Assembly (NCBI GenBank): GCA_951406725.2
Contig: OX597821.1
Coordinates: 79,546,001-79,610,000, forward strand
Direction of reading: 5' to 3'
DNA: 64,000 nt
Source of the DNA: Octopus vulgaris
Lineage: Eukaryota
The notes under the pieces are model-generated. The model was not told the origin of the DNA. It worked only from the letters and a program-made list of their open reading frames with translations, and searched no databases. The translations under genes were made by a program, and so were the position numbers. Position 1 is the stretch's first letter, and every line of letters starts with the position of its first letter. This document shows positions 14,322 to 25,006 of this stretch, one piece after another.

Positions 14322-14956
14322 TATTTTAATTGACAACTGTATATTAAAATCACTTTGTATAAAATCACTTTGATTTATACATTACTCCTACATAGTACAT
14401 TATAAATTTAACTAGACAGATACGAACTAAATAGCTATGATTATATTCTCTCTCTAACTGTACTATTTAATACTTATTGTTTTAAGTTATTTGATTTATT
14501 TCTATTAGACTATATAAATAATTTAAATTTTGCTCTATTTTTATCTCCACTTCTTAGTCTATTTCACTTTAACCCACCTATATAAACAATTAGTTAGTTA
14601 AATCTCTTAGTTTCTTTTACACTAATAATTAATTCTGCTAATCCCAAACCTATTATAATATATTGTAATATAATATAATATAATATAGTATAATAATAAT
14701 ATAATTGTTTGGTTTCATTAAAAAACAATCCCTTTTTTCTTTCCTTTCTAATGACCTCTCATTGTAACCTGACAATCTATTAATAGTAACATTTATAAAT
14801 AAAGAAATAAATTATTGACCTCAGTTCGAATTTTGCACCAAGCAAGCTTAGATTTTTCTTATAGTATCAACTTGTGTCCATCCCCTTAGCTTCCCGTTCC
14901 CTTCTCTTTGATAGCATTAATAGCAGTAACTGATTAAATTCTAGTTCCTTCCTCTT

Positions 14957-15412
14957 CTCTCTGTGATTCTTGTAAATTTCAATAACAATCTGCCCCTCTA
15001 CAGAATAAGACTGTCATTTTGCTTCTCATCCGAATTCCCTGATATTTTCGCATGATTGTACCAAAAATTTCTTCACATAACTGGATTATGAACTATAGGG
15101 ACATGCACATATTCTGTAAGTTCAAGATTTTTTATCGGATCTCCAGGAATTGAACTTATCTGTGATTCTTGTAAATTTCAATAACAATCTGTTCCTCTAC
15201 ATGATATGACAGTCACTTTGCTTCTTACTCAGATTTTCCTCTACACGATATGACACTCATTTTGCTTCTTACTCGGATTTTTAGAAATTTCGCATGACTG
15301 TATCCGAAATTTCTTCACATAACTGGATTAGCAATTCAATATGAGCTATATATAGACATGCACAAATTCTGTAAGTTTAAGACCTTTCATCGGATCTCCA
15401 GGAATCGAACTT
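14957..15412 (+). repeat. Two diverged tandem units (about 200 and 250 bp) in the PLE 3' UTR
   Basis: TCTGTGATTCTTGTAAATTTCAATAACAATCTG...ATCGGATCTCCAGGAAT occurs twice. The second unit has an internal duplication of about 45 bp. Confidence 0.8.
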
Positions 15413-15485
15413 TCTTCAATGCAGTTAATCTTACACCCTCTTTGGTATCTACCCCTTTTGATGTTTGGGATTTCTCTGATGTTTT

Positions 15486-15571
15486 TTCGGCTGACGAGTA
15501 CGAGCCATCTGTATTTACTGCATTTTTTGTAGCTTATTAAAGATGTCCTCGTACGAAACAATTGTACCGAG
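15486..15571 (+). ncRNA. Type I hammerhead ribozyme in the PLE 3' terminal region; predicted cleavage after GUA (A15566)
   Basis: TTCGG-CTGACGA-GTACGAG...CTCGTAC-GAAA-CAATTG-TA-CCGAG. Stem I, extended stem II and short palindromic stem III are all present. Confidence 0.88.
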
Positions 15572-15588
15572 ATTTTAATCCATTCTTG

Positions 15589-16777
15589 CCACATGACCAT
15601 ACCAGCGCAAACGTCTCTCTTGCACACCACAACTGATGCTTCTTAGGTTCAACTTTTCTCTCAAAGTACTTACACTCTGTCGAGTATGAACACTGACATT
15701 ACACATCCATCGGAGCATACTGGCTTTATTTCTTGCGAGCTTACGCATATCCTCAGCAGTCACGCCCCATATTTCACTGCCATGCAGCATGGCTGTTCGT
15801 ACACATGCGTCATACAGTCTGCCTTTTATTCTGAGTGAGAGGCCTTTTGTCACCAGCAGAGGTAAGAGCTCTCTGAACTTTGCCCAAGCTATTCTTACTC
15901 TAGCAGTTACACTTTCGGCGCACCTGCCCCCGCTACTGACTTGGTCACCTAGGTAACGGAAGCTTTCAACTATTTTTAGTTTTTCTCCCTGGAATGTGGC
16001 GGAAGTTGGTCTCAGAGCATTTTCAGTGTTTATTGCTCCTGAGCATCTGCCTCATACAAAAACTATCTTCCTAGTTAGCCTTCCTTTGACATTGCTGCAC
16101 CTCTTATGTGTCCATAGCTTACACTTGGTGCATCTTATAGAGTTTCTACCTACACCTTTTCTACAGATTGAGCAGGGCCAGCTACCTGAAGGCGTTTGTG
16201 ATTTGTCTACCTTCCTACTTATTAGGACTTTGGTTTTGGCTAGGTTGACTCTAAGGCCCTTCGATTCTAATCCTTGCTTCCACACCTGAAACTCTTCCTC
16301 CAGTGGGCTGAGGATTGAACCTTGGTAGACCCCTACTTCTACCTAGAATTCTTCACTGTACTCGTTGCCAACCCTCACCTTACTAGCAGCGTCCCTGTAC
16401 ATGGCTCGCACAGCTCTCACTAACCATTCATCTATCCCTAGTTTCCTCATTGACCACCAGATAAGGGATCGGGGGACCCTGTCGAAGGCTTTCTCCATGT
16501 CAACGAAAGCCAGGTACAGGGACTTATCTTTGGCTAGGTATTTCTCCTGCAGCTGCCTTACCAGGAATATAGCATCAGTGGTACTTTTCCCTGGCACGAA
16601 CCCAAACTGCATCTCATCTAAACTAACTCTCTCTCTAATTAGTTGGGCTATGACCCTCTCCGTAGCCTTCATTACCTGATCCAACAGCATGATACATCTG
16701 TAATTATTTGTATATAGGGCGTCACCTTTACCTTTGTAGCAGTTGATTATTATGCTGCTACACCAGTCATTGGGCAT
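15589..16777 (-). mobile_element. RTE-clade LINE RT fragment with a Cys-rich (PHD-like) insert; catalytic YADD region deleted
   Basis: PNDW..YKGKGD..NYR, QFGFVPGKSTTDAIF, FVDMEKAFDRVPR, GVYQGS|LEEEF, FRYLGD, RRLRWYGHV. Confidence 0.92.
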
Positions 16778-16842
16778 TAAGGAATGGGCCAGTCGATAAT
16801 ATCGAGCCCAGTGCTCACTTGGTATTTATTTTATTGACCTTG

Positions 16843-17231
16843 AAAACTACCGTCCAAAAAGAAAAGATTCGAATGTGTTTACAAAATAACTTTTTCTCTT
16901 GGTTTTATTGAGAAAATTCTGTAGTCTGTAAGATATTTGTCGGTTTTTTCTTCAATTTCTGCAATTTCAATCAATCAATGACGTCTATTGAGGTGAAAAC
17001 ATTCTGTGCAGTATGAATATGTCCCTCGTTTAAGAAACAGATTGGGTTTATTTACATTTCTGAAGGAAAAAAGATACCCTTCCTCCCCACCCCTAACCCT
17101 AACCCTAACTAACCCTAACCCTAACCCTAAAACAGATTGAAATGCAATAGATCGATACTAGGGTCATAATTATGGGTGACAATTTCATATGACACCGCTA
17201 GAAAAAAATGGCGTTCAAACCGAAAAGATCC
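16843..17231. mobile_element. Non-autonomous DNA element carrying a short (TAACCC)n tract; a related fragment lies at about 59660-59870
   Basis: (CCCTAA)n at about 17091-17130. Similar end motifs (CGTCCAAAAAGAAAAGATTC / CGTTCAAACCGAAAAGATCC). Shares GAGAAAA...AATTTCA..AATCAATGACGT.TATT with 59770-59860. Confidence 0.45.
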
Positions 17232-17445
17232 GATAGTTGATTATACATCGACTCCAGTACTAAACTAGTATTTATTTTATCGACTGCGAAAGGATGAAAG
17301 GCAAAGTTGACTTCGACGGAATTTGGACTGAGAACATTAAGACAGATGAAGTACTGCAAAGCATTTCGCCCGGCCTACTAACGATTCTACCAGCTCGACA
17401 ATCATAAGAACAATAAAGTACTGTCATCCTTTTGATTCTCTCATT

Positions 17446-17770
17446 TAAAGACTCCGCCGGTTACGACGACGAGGGTCCCAGCTGATACGATCAACGGAAC
17501 AGCTTGCTCGTGAAATTAACGTGCAAATGGCTGAGCATTCCACAGACACGTGTACCCTTAACGTAGTTCTCGGGGATAATCAGCGTGACACAGAGAGTGA
17601 CAAGGCTGACCCTTTGAAATACAAGTACAACTCATTTTTGCCAGCTGAGTGGACTGGAGCAACGTGAAATAAAGTGTCTTGCTCAAGGACACAACGCGTC
17701 GCCGGGAATCGAACTCACAACCTTACGATCATGAGCCGAATGCCCTAACCACTAAGCCACGCGCCCTCAC
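17446..17770 (-). mobile_element. Young full-length tRNA-derived SINE with 13-bp target-site duplication
   Basis: A box TGGCTTAGTGG and B box GAGTTCGATTCC. TSD TGATTCTCTCATT at 17433-17445 and 17771-17783. Nearly identical to 55282-55609. Confidence 0.9.
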
Positions 17771-18309
17771 TGATTCTCTCATTATCACTTCGGTAACTAC
17801 GGTGGTCTGTTAAAACATGTTTGAGTTGTCTCCCTTACAATAGAAAATCATAATCAAAATATATTACAAGTCATTGGTCTCTTCCCATCACAGTTCCTAA
17901 TTAGATTTCGAAGCCCGACATTAAATATATTCACTCCAATTAACTTACAAAATATTTACTTCAAAGTTATTAAATTTTTTTCCTTCTCACTTCGCCTCTC
18001 TTTCCTTTCCAAGTGGAACTTAACAAAAGTTGATGGAAGCCTGACTAAACAGGACGGTGTCTTTCCTTTATCCTTTCAACCTCATCAACCATACAACCTC
18101 TTTCGCCATAGCCTCTGGACAAAGGAACGCAGCCTAAGTTCAAATTCTGTCAAGGTCGGCTTTGCCTTTCACCCTTTTGGAGTCAATAAATTAAGTACCA
18201 GTTGGGCACTGGGATCGATATAATCGACTTTCATATTTGCCTGATATTGCTAGCCTTGTGCCAAAATTTAAAGCTATGTGTGTCTGTTATATAAATAATA
18301 TAAATAACC

Positions 18310-18615
18310 AAAGCCTTGGGCCGACCAAAGTCTTGTGAGTGGATTTGGTAGACGGAAACTGAAAGAAGCCCGTTGTTATATATATATATATATATGCGTG
18401 TGTGTTTGTGTGTCTGTGTTTGTTCCCTAGCATTGCTTGACAACCGATGCTGGTGTGTTTATGTCCCCGTTACTTAGCGGTTCGGCAAAAGAGATCCGAT
18501 AGAATAAGTACTGGGCTTACGAAAGAATAAGTCCCGGGGTCGAGTTGCTCGACTAAAGGCGGTGCTCCAGCATGGCCGCAGTCAAATGACTGAAACAAGT
18601 AAAAGAGTAAAAGAG
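18310..18615 (+). mobile_element. SINE family A, 5'-truncated
   Basis: Family body and tail CGACTAAAGGCGGTGCTCCAGCATGGCCGCAGTCAAATGACTGAAACAAGTAAAAGAG. Confidence 0.8.
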
Positions 18616-18825
18616 TATATATATGCACGCACACGCACATATATATATATACATATATGTGCATACATTGGTACAGGATATCACCAACTGTAAACAACGA
18701 GTGAGGTACGCAAACAACGAGAGAAAAAGTGGAAAACAGAACAAGTAACACATTTTTTCTCCCTTTGCGAATTTAATGCGTTTGTTTTCTTACTTCAAAC
18801 TGTTTATAGTTGGTGATGTCCTGTA

Positions 18826-20545
18826 AAAACAAAATAAAATAAAATAAAATAGAATGAAATGAAATAAAAAAATAAAAGAAAAGAAAAGAAAATAACAAAA
18901 AAATTAAATAAAATAAAATTAAATTAAATTTTTTAAAAATAATAAAATAAAAAATAAAATGAAATAAAAACAATAAAATAAAACAAATAAAATAAAATAA
19001 AAAAAATAAAATAAAATAACAAAAAAAAAGATAAAAATAAAAAAAATACAAAATACAAAATAATAAATCTTTTAACTGAAAAAATAAAATATAAAAACAA
19101 AAAACAATCATAAAAAATAAAATAAAATAACAAAAAATAAAATTAAAAATAAAATAAAAAAATAAAATAAAATAAAAAATAAAATGAAATAAAATAAAAT
19201 AATATAAAAAAGTAAAATAAAATAAAAAATAAGATAAAAAATGAAATAAAATAAAATATAATATAGTAAAACAAATTAAAATAAAAAATAAAATAAAATT
19301 AAAAAAATAAAATAAAAAATAAAATAAAATAACAAAATGAAAAACTAAAAAGATAAAAAATAACAAAAAAAAATTAGAAATAAAAAATAAAAACAAAACA
19401 CAAAAATAAAATGAAATAAAATAAAATAAAATAGAACAAAAACAAAATAAAATTAAAACCATTAAGTAAAATAAAATAAAATAAAATAAAATAAAAATAA
19501 AATAAATTAAATAAAATTAGATAAAATAAAAAAAGATGAAAAATAAAATAAAATAAAAGATGAAATAAAAAATGAAATAAAATAAAATAAAATAAATTGA
19601 AATAGAATAAAAATAAAATACGAAAAAATTAAAATAATTCAAAAATAAAAAAATTAAAAATTAAAAAAATTAAAAAATAACAAAAAAAATAAAAAAATAA
19701 AATAAAATAAAAATAAAAATAGAAAATTAAAATAATAAAATAAAAAATAATTAAATAAAATAAAATAACAGAAAATTAAATAAAATTTAACAAATAAAAT
19801 TAAGTTTTTTTAAAAAAGAGATCAAAAAATTAATGAAATAAATAAAATAAAATAAATTAAAAATTAAATTAAAAATAAAATAAAATAAGATATTTAAAAA
19901 ATTAAAAGAAAATTTTTTTAAAAATATTTAAAAAATATAAAAACAATAAGAAAAAATAAATAAATGAAATAATATAAATTAAACAAAATAACATAAAATA
20001 AGAAATAAAATAAGAAATTAATAAGAAATTAATAAGAAATAAAATAAGAAATTAAATATATTAGAGGATATTTATTGAAAAATAAATTAAAATAACAAAA
20101 TAAAACTACAATAAAAAATTTTTTTTATAAATAAATAAAAAAATTTTTAAATAATAAAAATTTTAAAAGATAAAATAGATAAAATAAAATAAAATAAAAT
20201 AAACAAAAAATAACACAAAAAATAAAATAAAATAAGATTAAATAAAAATAATAAAATAAAATAAAATAAAATAAATAAAATAAAATAAGATAAAATAGAA
20301 TAAAAAATAAGATAAAATAAATTAAAATAGAAAATAAAATAAATAAAAAATAATAAAATATTGAAAATAGAATAAATAAAATAAAATAAGATAAAATAAA
20401 ATAAAAAATAAAATAAAATAAATTAAAATGAAAAATAAAATAAATAAAATTTTAAAATAATAAAAGATTGAAAAAAATAAGAAATAAAAAAATGTTTTTT
20501 ATCTTTATTTTTATTTTTTATTTTATGTTATTATTTTTTATTTTG
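18826..20545. repeat. Degenerate (AAAAT)n tract, switching to T-rich at its right end
   Basis: About 1.7 kb of almost pure A/T with a 5-bp period. Confidence 0.95.
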
Positions 20546-23500
20546 ATAGAGTGACATAGGCGTAGATAGACGAAAATAGAGTGAGGTAGGCGGAGATAGA
20601 GTGAGATTGGCGGAGGTTGCCGGAGTTTGCCGGAGATAGCCGAAGATTGCCGGAGTTTGTCGGAGACTGCCGGAGATAATTGGATATAAGCCGGAGATTG
20701 ACGGAGATTGACGGAATAGCAATTTGGGAGATTTCCCAATAATTCTGAATGTTAAAACACCTGGGAGAGAGTGAGATAGAGTGATAGTCTGAGATAGAGG
20801 GAGATAGGCGGAGATAGAGTGAGATAAGTGGAGATTGGAGAAGATTGCCGGAGATTGCCGGAGATTGCCGGAGATAGGCAGAATAGAATTTTGGGAGATT
20901 TCCCAATAATGCTGGGTGTTAAAACACCTGGGAGAGAGGGAGAGTGTATGATTGGCGGAGATTGGCAGAAATTTGCGGAGATACTTGGAGATAGGCGGAA
21001 TACTATTTTGGGTGATTTCCCAATAATGCTGGGTGTTAAAACATCTGGTAGAGAGTGAGATAGAGTGATAGACTGAGATAGGTGGAGATAGAGTGAGATA
21101 GGCGGAGATTGGCGCAAATACGCGGAGTTAGGCGGAGATTGCCGGAGATTGCCGGAGATTGCTGGAGATAGGCGGAATAGCATTTTGGGAAATTTACCAA
21201 TAATGCTGGGTGTTAAAACACCTGGGAGAGAGTGAGATAGAGGGAGGTAGGCGGAGATAGATTGAGATAGGCGGAGATATAGTGAGTTAGGCAGAGATAG
21301 AGTGTGATAGACGGAGATTGCAGGAGTTTACCGGAGATTGCCGGAATTTCTCGGAGTTTGCCGGAGATTACGGAAGTTTGCTGGAGTTTGCCGGAGTTTG
21401 TCGGAGATTGGCGGAATAGCATTTTCGGAGATTTCCCAATAATGCTGGAGTGTGTGAGATAGATTGCGATAGGCAGAGATAGAGTGAGATAGATGGAGAT
21501 AGAGTGAGATAGGCTGAGATAGAGTGAGATAGGCGGAGATAGAGTGAGATAGGCGGAGATAGAGTGAGATAGGCGGAGATTGGCGGAGATCGCCGGAGTT
21601 TGCCGGAGATAGGCGGAATAGCATTTTGGGAGATTTCCCAATAATGCTGGGTGTTAAAACACATGGGAGAGAGGGAGAGAGTAAGATTGGCGTAAACGTG
21701 CGGAGATTGGCGAGCTTAGCAGAAATTCGTGGAGGTAGGCGGAGATAGGCGGAGATTGGCAGAAATTCGCGGAAATAGGCGGAGACTAGCGGAGATAGTT
21801 GGAATGGCATTTTGGGAGATTTCCCCATAATTCTGGGTGTTAAAACACCTGGGAGAGATAGAGTGAGATAAGCGGAGATAGAGTGAGATAGGCGGAGATG
21901 GGCGGAGATAGATTGAGATATGCGGAGATAGCGTGAGATAGGCGGAGATAGGCGGAGATAGAGTGAGTTAGGCGGAGATAAAGTGAGATCGGCGGAGATA
22001 GGCGGAGATTGGCGAAGATTGGCGGAGATCGCCGGAGATTGCCGGAGATAGGCGGAATAGCATTTTGGGAGATTTCCCAATAATACTGGATGTTAAAACA
22101 CCTGGGAGAGAGGAAGATTGGCGTAGATGGGCGTAGATTGGCGGAGATTGGCAGAAATTTGCGAAGATAGAATGTGATAAGCGGATATAGAGTGAAATAG
22201 GCCGACATAAGTGCGAGATTCGCGGAGATAGCCTGGGATTGGCGGAGTTTCACGGAGATTGCCGAAGTTTGACGGAGATTCCCGCAGTTAGACGGAGATT
22301 GTCGGGGTTTGCCGGAGCTTGCCGGAATTTGCCGGAGTTTGTCGCAGAAAGCCGAAGATAGCCGGAGATTACCGGAGATTGCCGGAGTTTGCGAAATAGC
22401 ATTTTGGGAGATTTCCTCATAATGCTGGATGTTAAAACACCTGGGAGAGAGTCAGTTAGAGTGAAATAGAGTGAGATAGAGTGATAGGCGGAGATAGGCG
22501 AAGATTGGCGGAGATAGGCGGAAATAGGCGGTGATTGGCAAAGATTGCCGGAGATTGCCGGAGAGTGCCGGAGATTGGCAGAAATTTGCAGAGATAGGCG
22601 GAGATTGGCGGACATAGGCGGATATTGATGGAGATAGGCGGAATAGCATTTTGGGAGATTTCCAAACAATGCTGGGTGAGAAACACCTGGGAGAGAGTGA
22701 GATGGAAGGAGATAGGCGGAGATAAGCGGAGATTGCTGGAGATTGGCGGAGTTTCCCGGAGATTGCCGTACATTGCGGCAGTTTGCCAGAGATTGCCGGA
22801 ATTTCCGAGACTTTGCCGGAGATAGCCGGAGATTGCCGGAAATAGTCGGAGATGGCCGGAGATTGGCGGAATAGCATTTTCGGAGATTTCCCAATAATGC
22901 TGGGTGTTAAAACATCCAGGAGAGTATGAAATAGAGTGAGATAGAGTGAGATAGGCGGAGTTAGAGTAAGATGGGCGGAAATAGAGTGAGATAGGCGGAG
23001 ATAGAGTGAGATAGGCTGAGACAGAGTGAGATAGGCTGAGACAGAGTGAGATAGGCGGAGATTGCCGGAGATTGGTGGAGATTGCCGGAGATAGGAGGAA
23101 TAGCATTTTAGGAGATTTCCAAATAATGTTGGGTGTTAAAACACCTGGGAGAGAGAGAGAAAGAGTGAGATTGGCGGATTTTTCCGGAGATTGGCGGAGT
23201 TTCTTGGAGATTGCTGGAATTTGCCGGAGATTGCGAATAGTACCGGAGACCTCCGGAGATTTGCGGAATAGCATTTTGGGAGATTTCCCAATAATTCTGG
23301 GTGTTAAAACACCTGGGAGAGAGTTAGATAGGCGGAGATTGAGTGAGATTGGTGGAGATTGGCGGAGATAGAGTGAGATTGATGGAGATAGGCGGACTAG
23401 CATTTTGGGAGATTTCCCAATAATGCTGGGTGCTAAAACACCTGGGAGAGAGTGAGATAGGCATAGATAGAGTGAGATAGGCGGAGATAGAGTGAGATAA

Positions 23501-23829
23501 GCGGAGATAGAGTGAGATTGGCGGAGTTTGCCGGAGATTGCCGGAGATTGGCGGAATCTGGCGGATATATCCGGAGATTGCCGGACATTGCAGGAGTTCG
23601 CAGGAGTTTACCGTAGTTTGCCGGAGTTTGCCGGAGATTGCTGGAGATTGCCGGAGATTACTGGAGATTGCCGGAGATTACCGGAATTTACCGGAGATAG
23701 CAGGAGATAGCTTGAGATTGGCGGAATAGCATTTTGGGAGATTTCCCAATAATGCTGGATGTTAAAACACCTGGGAGAGAGTGAGATAGAGTGAGATAGG
23801 CGTAGATAGAATGAAATAGACGGAGATAC
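20546..23829. repeat. Complex satellite: conserved block of about 55 bp separated by runs of 10-mers (GGCGGAGATA / GCCGGAGATT / GAGTGAGATA)
   Basis: About 15 copies of GCGGAATAGCATTTTGGGAGATTTCCCAATAATGCTGGGTGTTAAAACACCTGGGAGAG. Confidence 0.95.
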
Positions 23830-24409
23830 AAAAAAATAATAATAAAATAATATAAAATGAAACAAAATACAAAATTTTTTTTTAAATAATTAAAAATAAG
23901 ATAAAATAAAATAAAATTAAAAAATATAAGAAAATAAAATGAAAAATAAAATGAAATAAAATAAAATAAAGAAAAACTAATCAAAATAAAATGAAATGAA
24001 ATAAAATAAAAAATTAAAATTAAATATAAATAAAATAAAATAAAATGAAATAATATAAATAATAATACAAAATAAAATAAAATAAAGATTAAAAGAAAAA
24101 TTAAAATGAAATAAAACAAAATAAAAGAAGATAAAATAAAGATAAAATAAAAAATAATATATATATTCTATTTTACTTTATTTTATTTTTATTTTTGTTA
24201 TTTTATTTTATTTTTTAATTTATTTTATTTTTTTATTTTATTTTCCTTTTATTGTATTTTATTTTTCTCTAATTTTTATTTAAAAACATTTTTTATTTTT
24301 AAAAAAATAACATAAAATAGAAAATTTAATAAAAATAAAAAATAAAATAAATTTTTTTAATTTTTATTTTTTTATGTTTATTTTATTTTATTTTATTGTA
24401 TTTTATTTT
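23830..24409. repeat. (AAAAT)n then (TTTTA)n low-complexity tract interrupting the satellite
   Basis: A-rich to about 24160, then mostly T-rich. Confidence 0.9.
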
Positions 24410-24880
24410 GATAGAGTGAGATAGGCGGAGATAAAGTGAGATAGACGGACATAGAGTGAAATAGGCGGAGATAGAGTGAGATAGGCAGAGTTAAGAGTGA
24501 GATTGGCGGAGATAGGTGGAATATCTCGAAAATTGCCGGAGTTTGCCGGAGTTTGCCGGAGATTGCAGGAGATTACCGGAGATTGTTGGAAATAGCCGGA
24601 GATCACCGGAGACTGCCGTAGATTGCCGGAGATAGCTGGAGATCGGCGGAATAGCACTTTGGGAGATTTCCTAATAATGCTGGGTGTTAAAACACCTGGT
24701 AGAGTGTGAGATTGGCGGAAATAGAGTGAGATTGGCAGAGATTGGTGGAGATAGGTGGAATAGCATTTTGAGAGATTTCCCAATAATGCTGCGTGTTAAA
24801 ACACCTGGGATATAGTGAGATAGATGGAGATAGGCAGAGATAGAAAGAGGTAGGCGGAGATAGTGTGAGATAGGCCGAGA
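24410..24880. repeat. Second block of the complex satellite (2 more conserved blocks)
   Basis: Same 10-mers. Conserved blocks at about 24646 and 24757. Confidence 0.92.
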
Positions 24881-25006
24881 TTTTTTTGAAAATTTTCATC
24901 AATATTTTTGAAAAGTTTTTTCAAAATTTTCATCAAAATATTTGAAAGGTTTTTTGAAAATTTTCATCAAAATTTTTGAAAAATTGTTTTGAAAATTTTC
25001 ATCAAA
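24881..25006. repeat. About 33-bp minisatellite (TTTTTGAAAATTTTCATCAAAATTTTTGAAAAG); also at about 31712-31816 and 32019-32230
   Basis: About 4 units here and about 6 units at 32019-32230. Confidence 0.85.

Larger units (their letters stand above)
11215..15588 (+). mobile_element. Penelope-like element (Naiad-like), 5'-truncated, with an inverted copy of its 3' terminal region at the 5' end
   Basis: RT frame open from 11807 to 13288 (WINTDEVLKWF, QFDINNYYSSI, PMGSSDSA, GLYRDD). C-terminal GIY-YIG (IIY..YVG..KRLNNH..CQLC..LNSRIE..CIH) at 13767-14321. Inverted arms 11348-11804 and 15132-15588. Confidence 0.92.

Noticed and set aside
13767-14950. Selenoprotein-type PLE (UGA at Cys positions plus SECIS), as reported for some Naiads
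   Set aside because: The GIY-YIG cysteines use ordinary codons, there is no in-frame UGA at those positions, and no convincing SECIS was seen by eye.
17091-17130. True telomere or chromosome fusion site
   Set aside because: Only about 6 units in one orientation, embedded in a dispersed repeat.
18773-19462. 229-aa Phe/Ile/Leu-rich membrane-protein-like ORF
   Set aside because: Antisense reading of the (AAAAT)n tract.
20725-20740. NF-kB site cluster (GGGAGATTTCCC in each satellite block)
   Set aside because: Spacing does not fit the 10-bp consensus well, and the motif is explained by the hairpin symmetry. No functional evidence.
20546-24880. CRISPR array (palindromic repeats with spacers)
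   Set aside because: Spacers are long, variable and made of repeated decamers rather than unique sequence. There are no cas genes and the context is eukaryotic.
20518-24902. Long ORFs of up to 315 aa across the satellite
   Set aside because: Overlapping repetitive translations in several frames are a by-product of stop-poor 10-mers.
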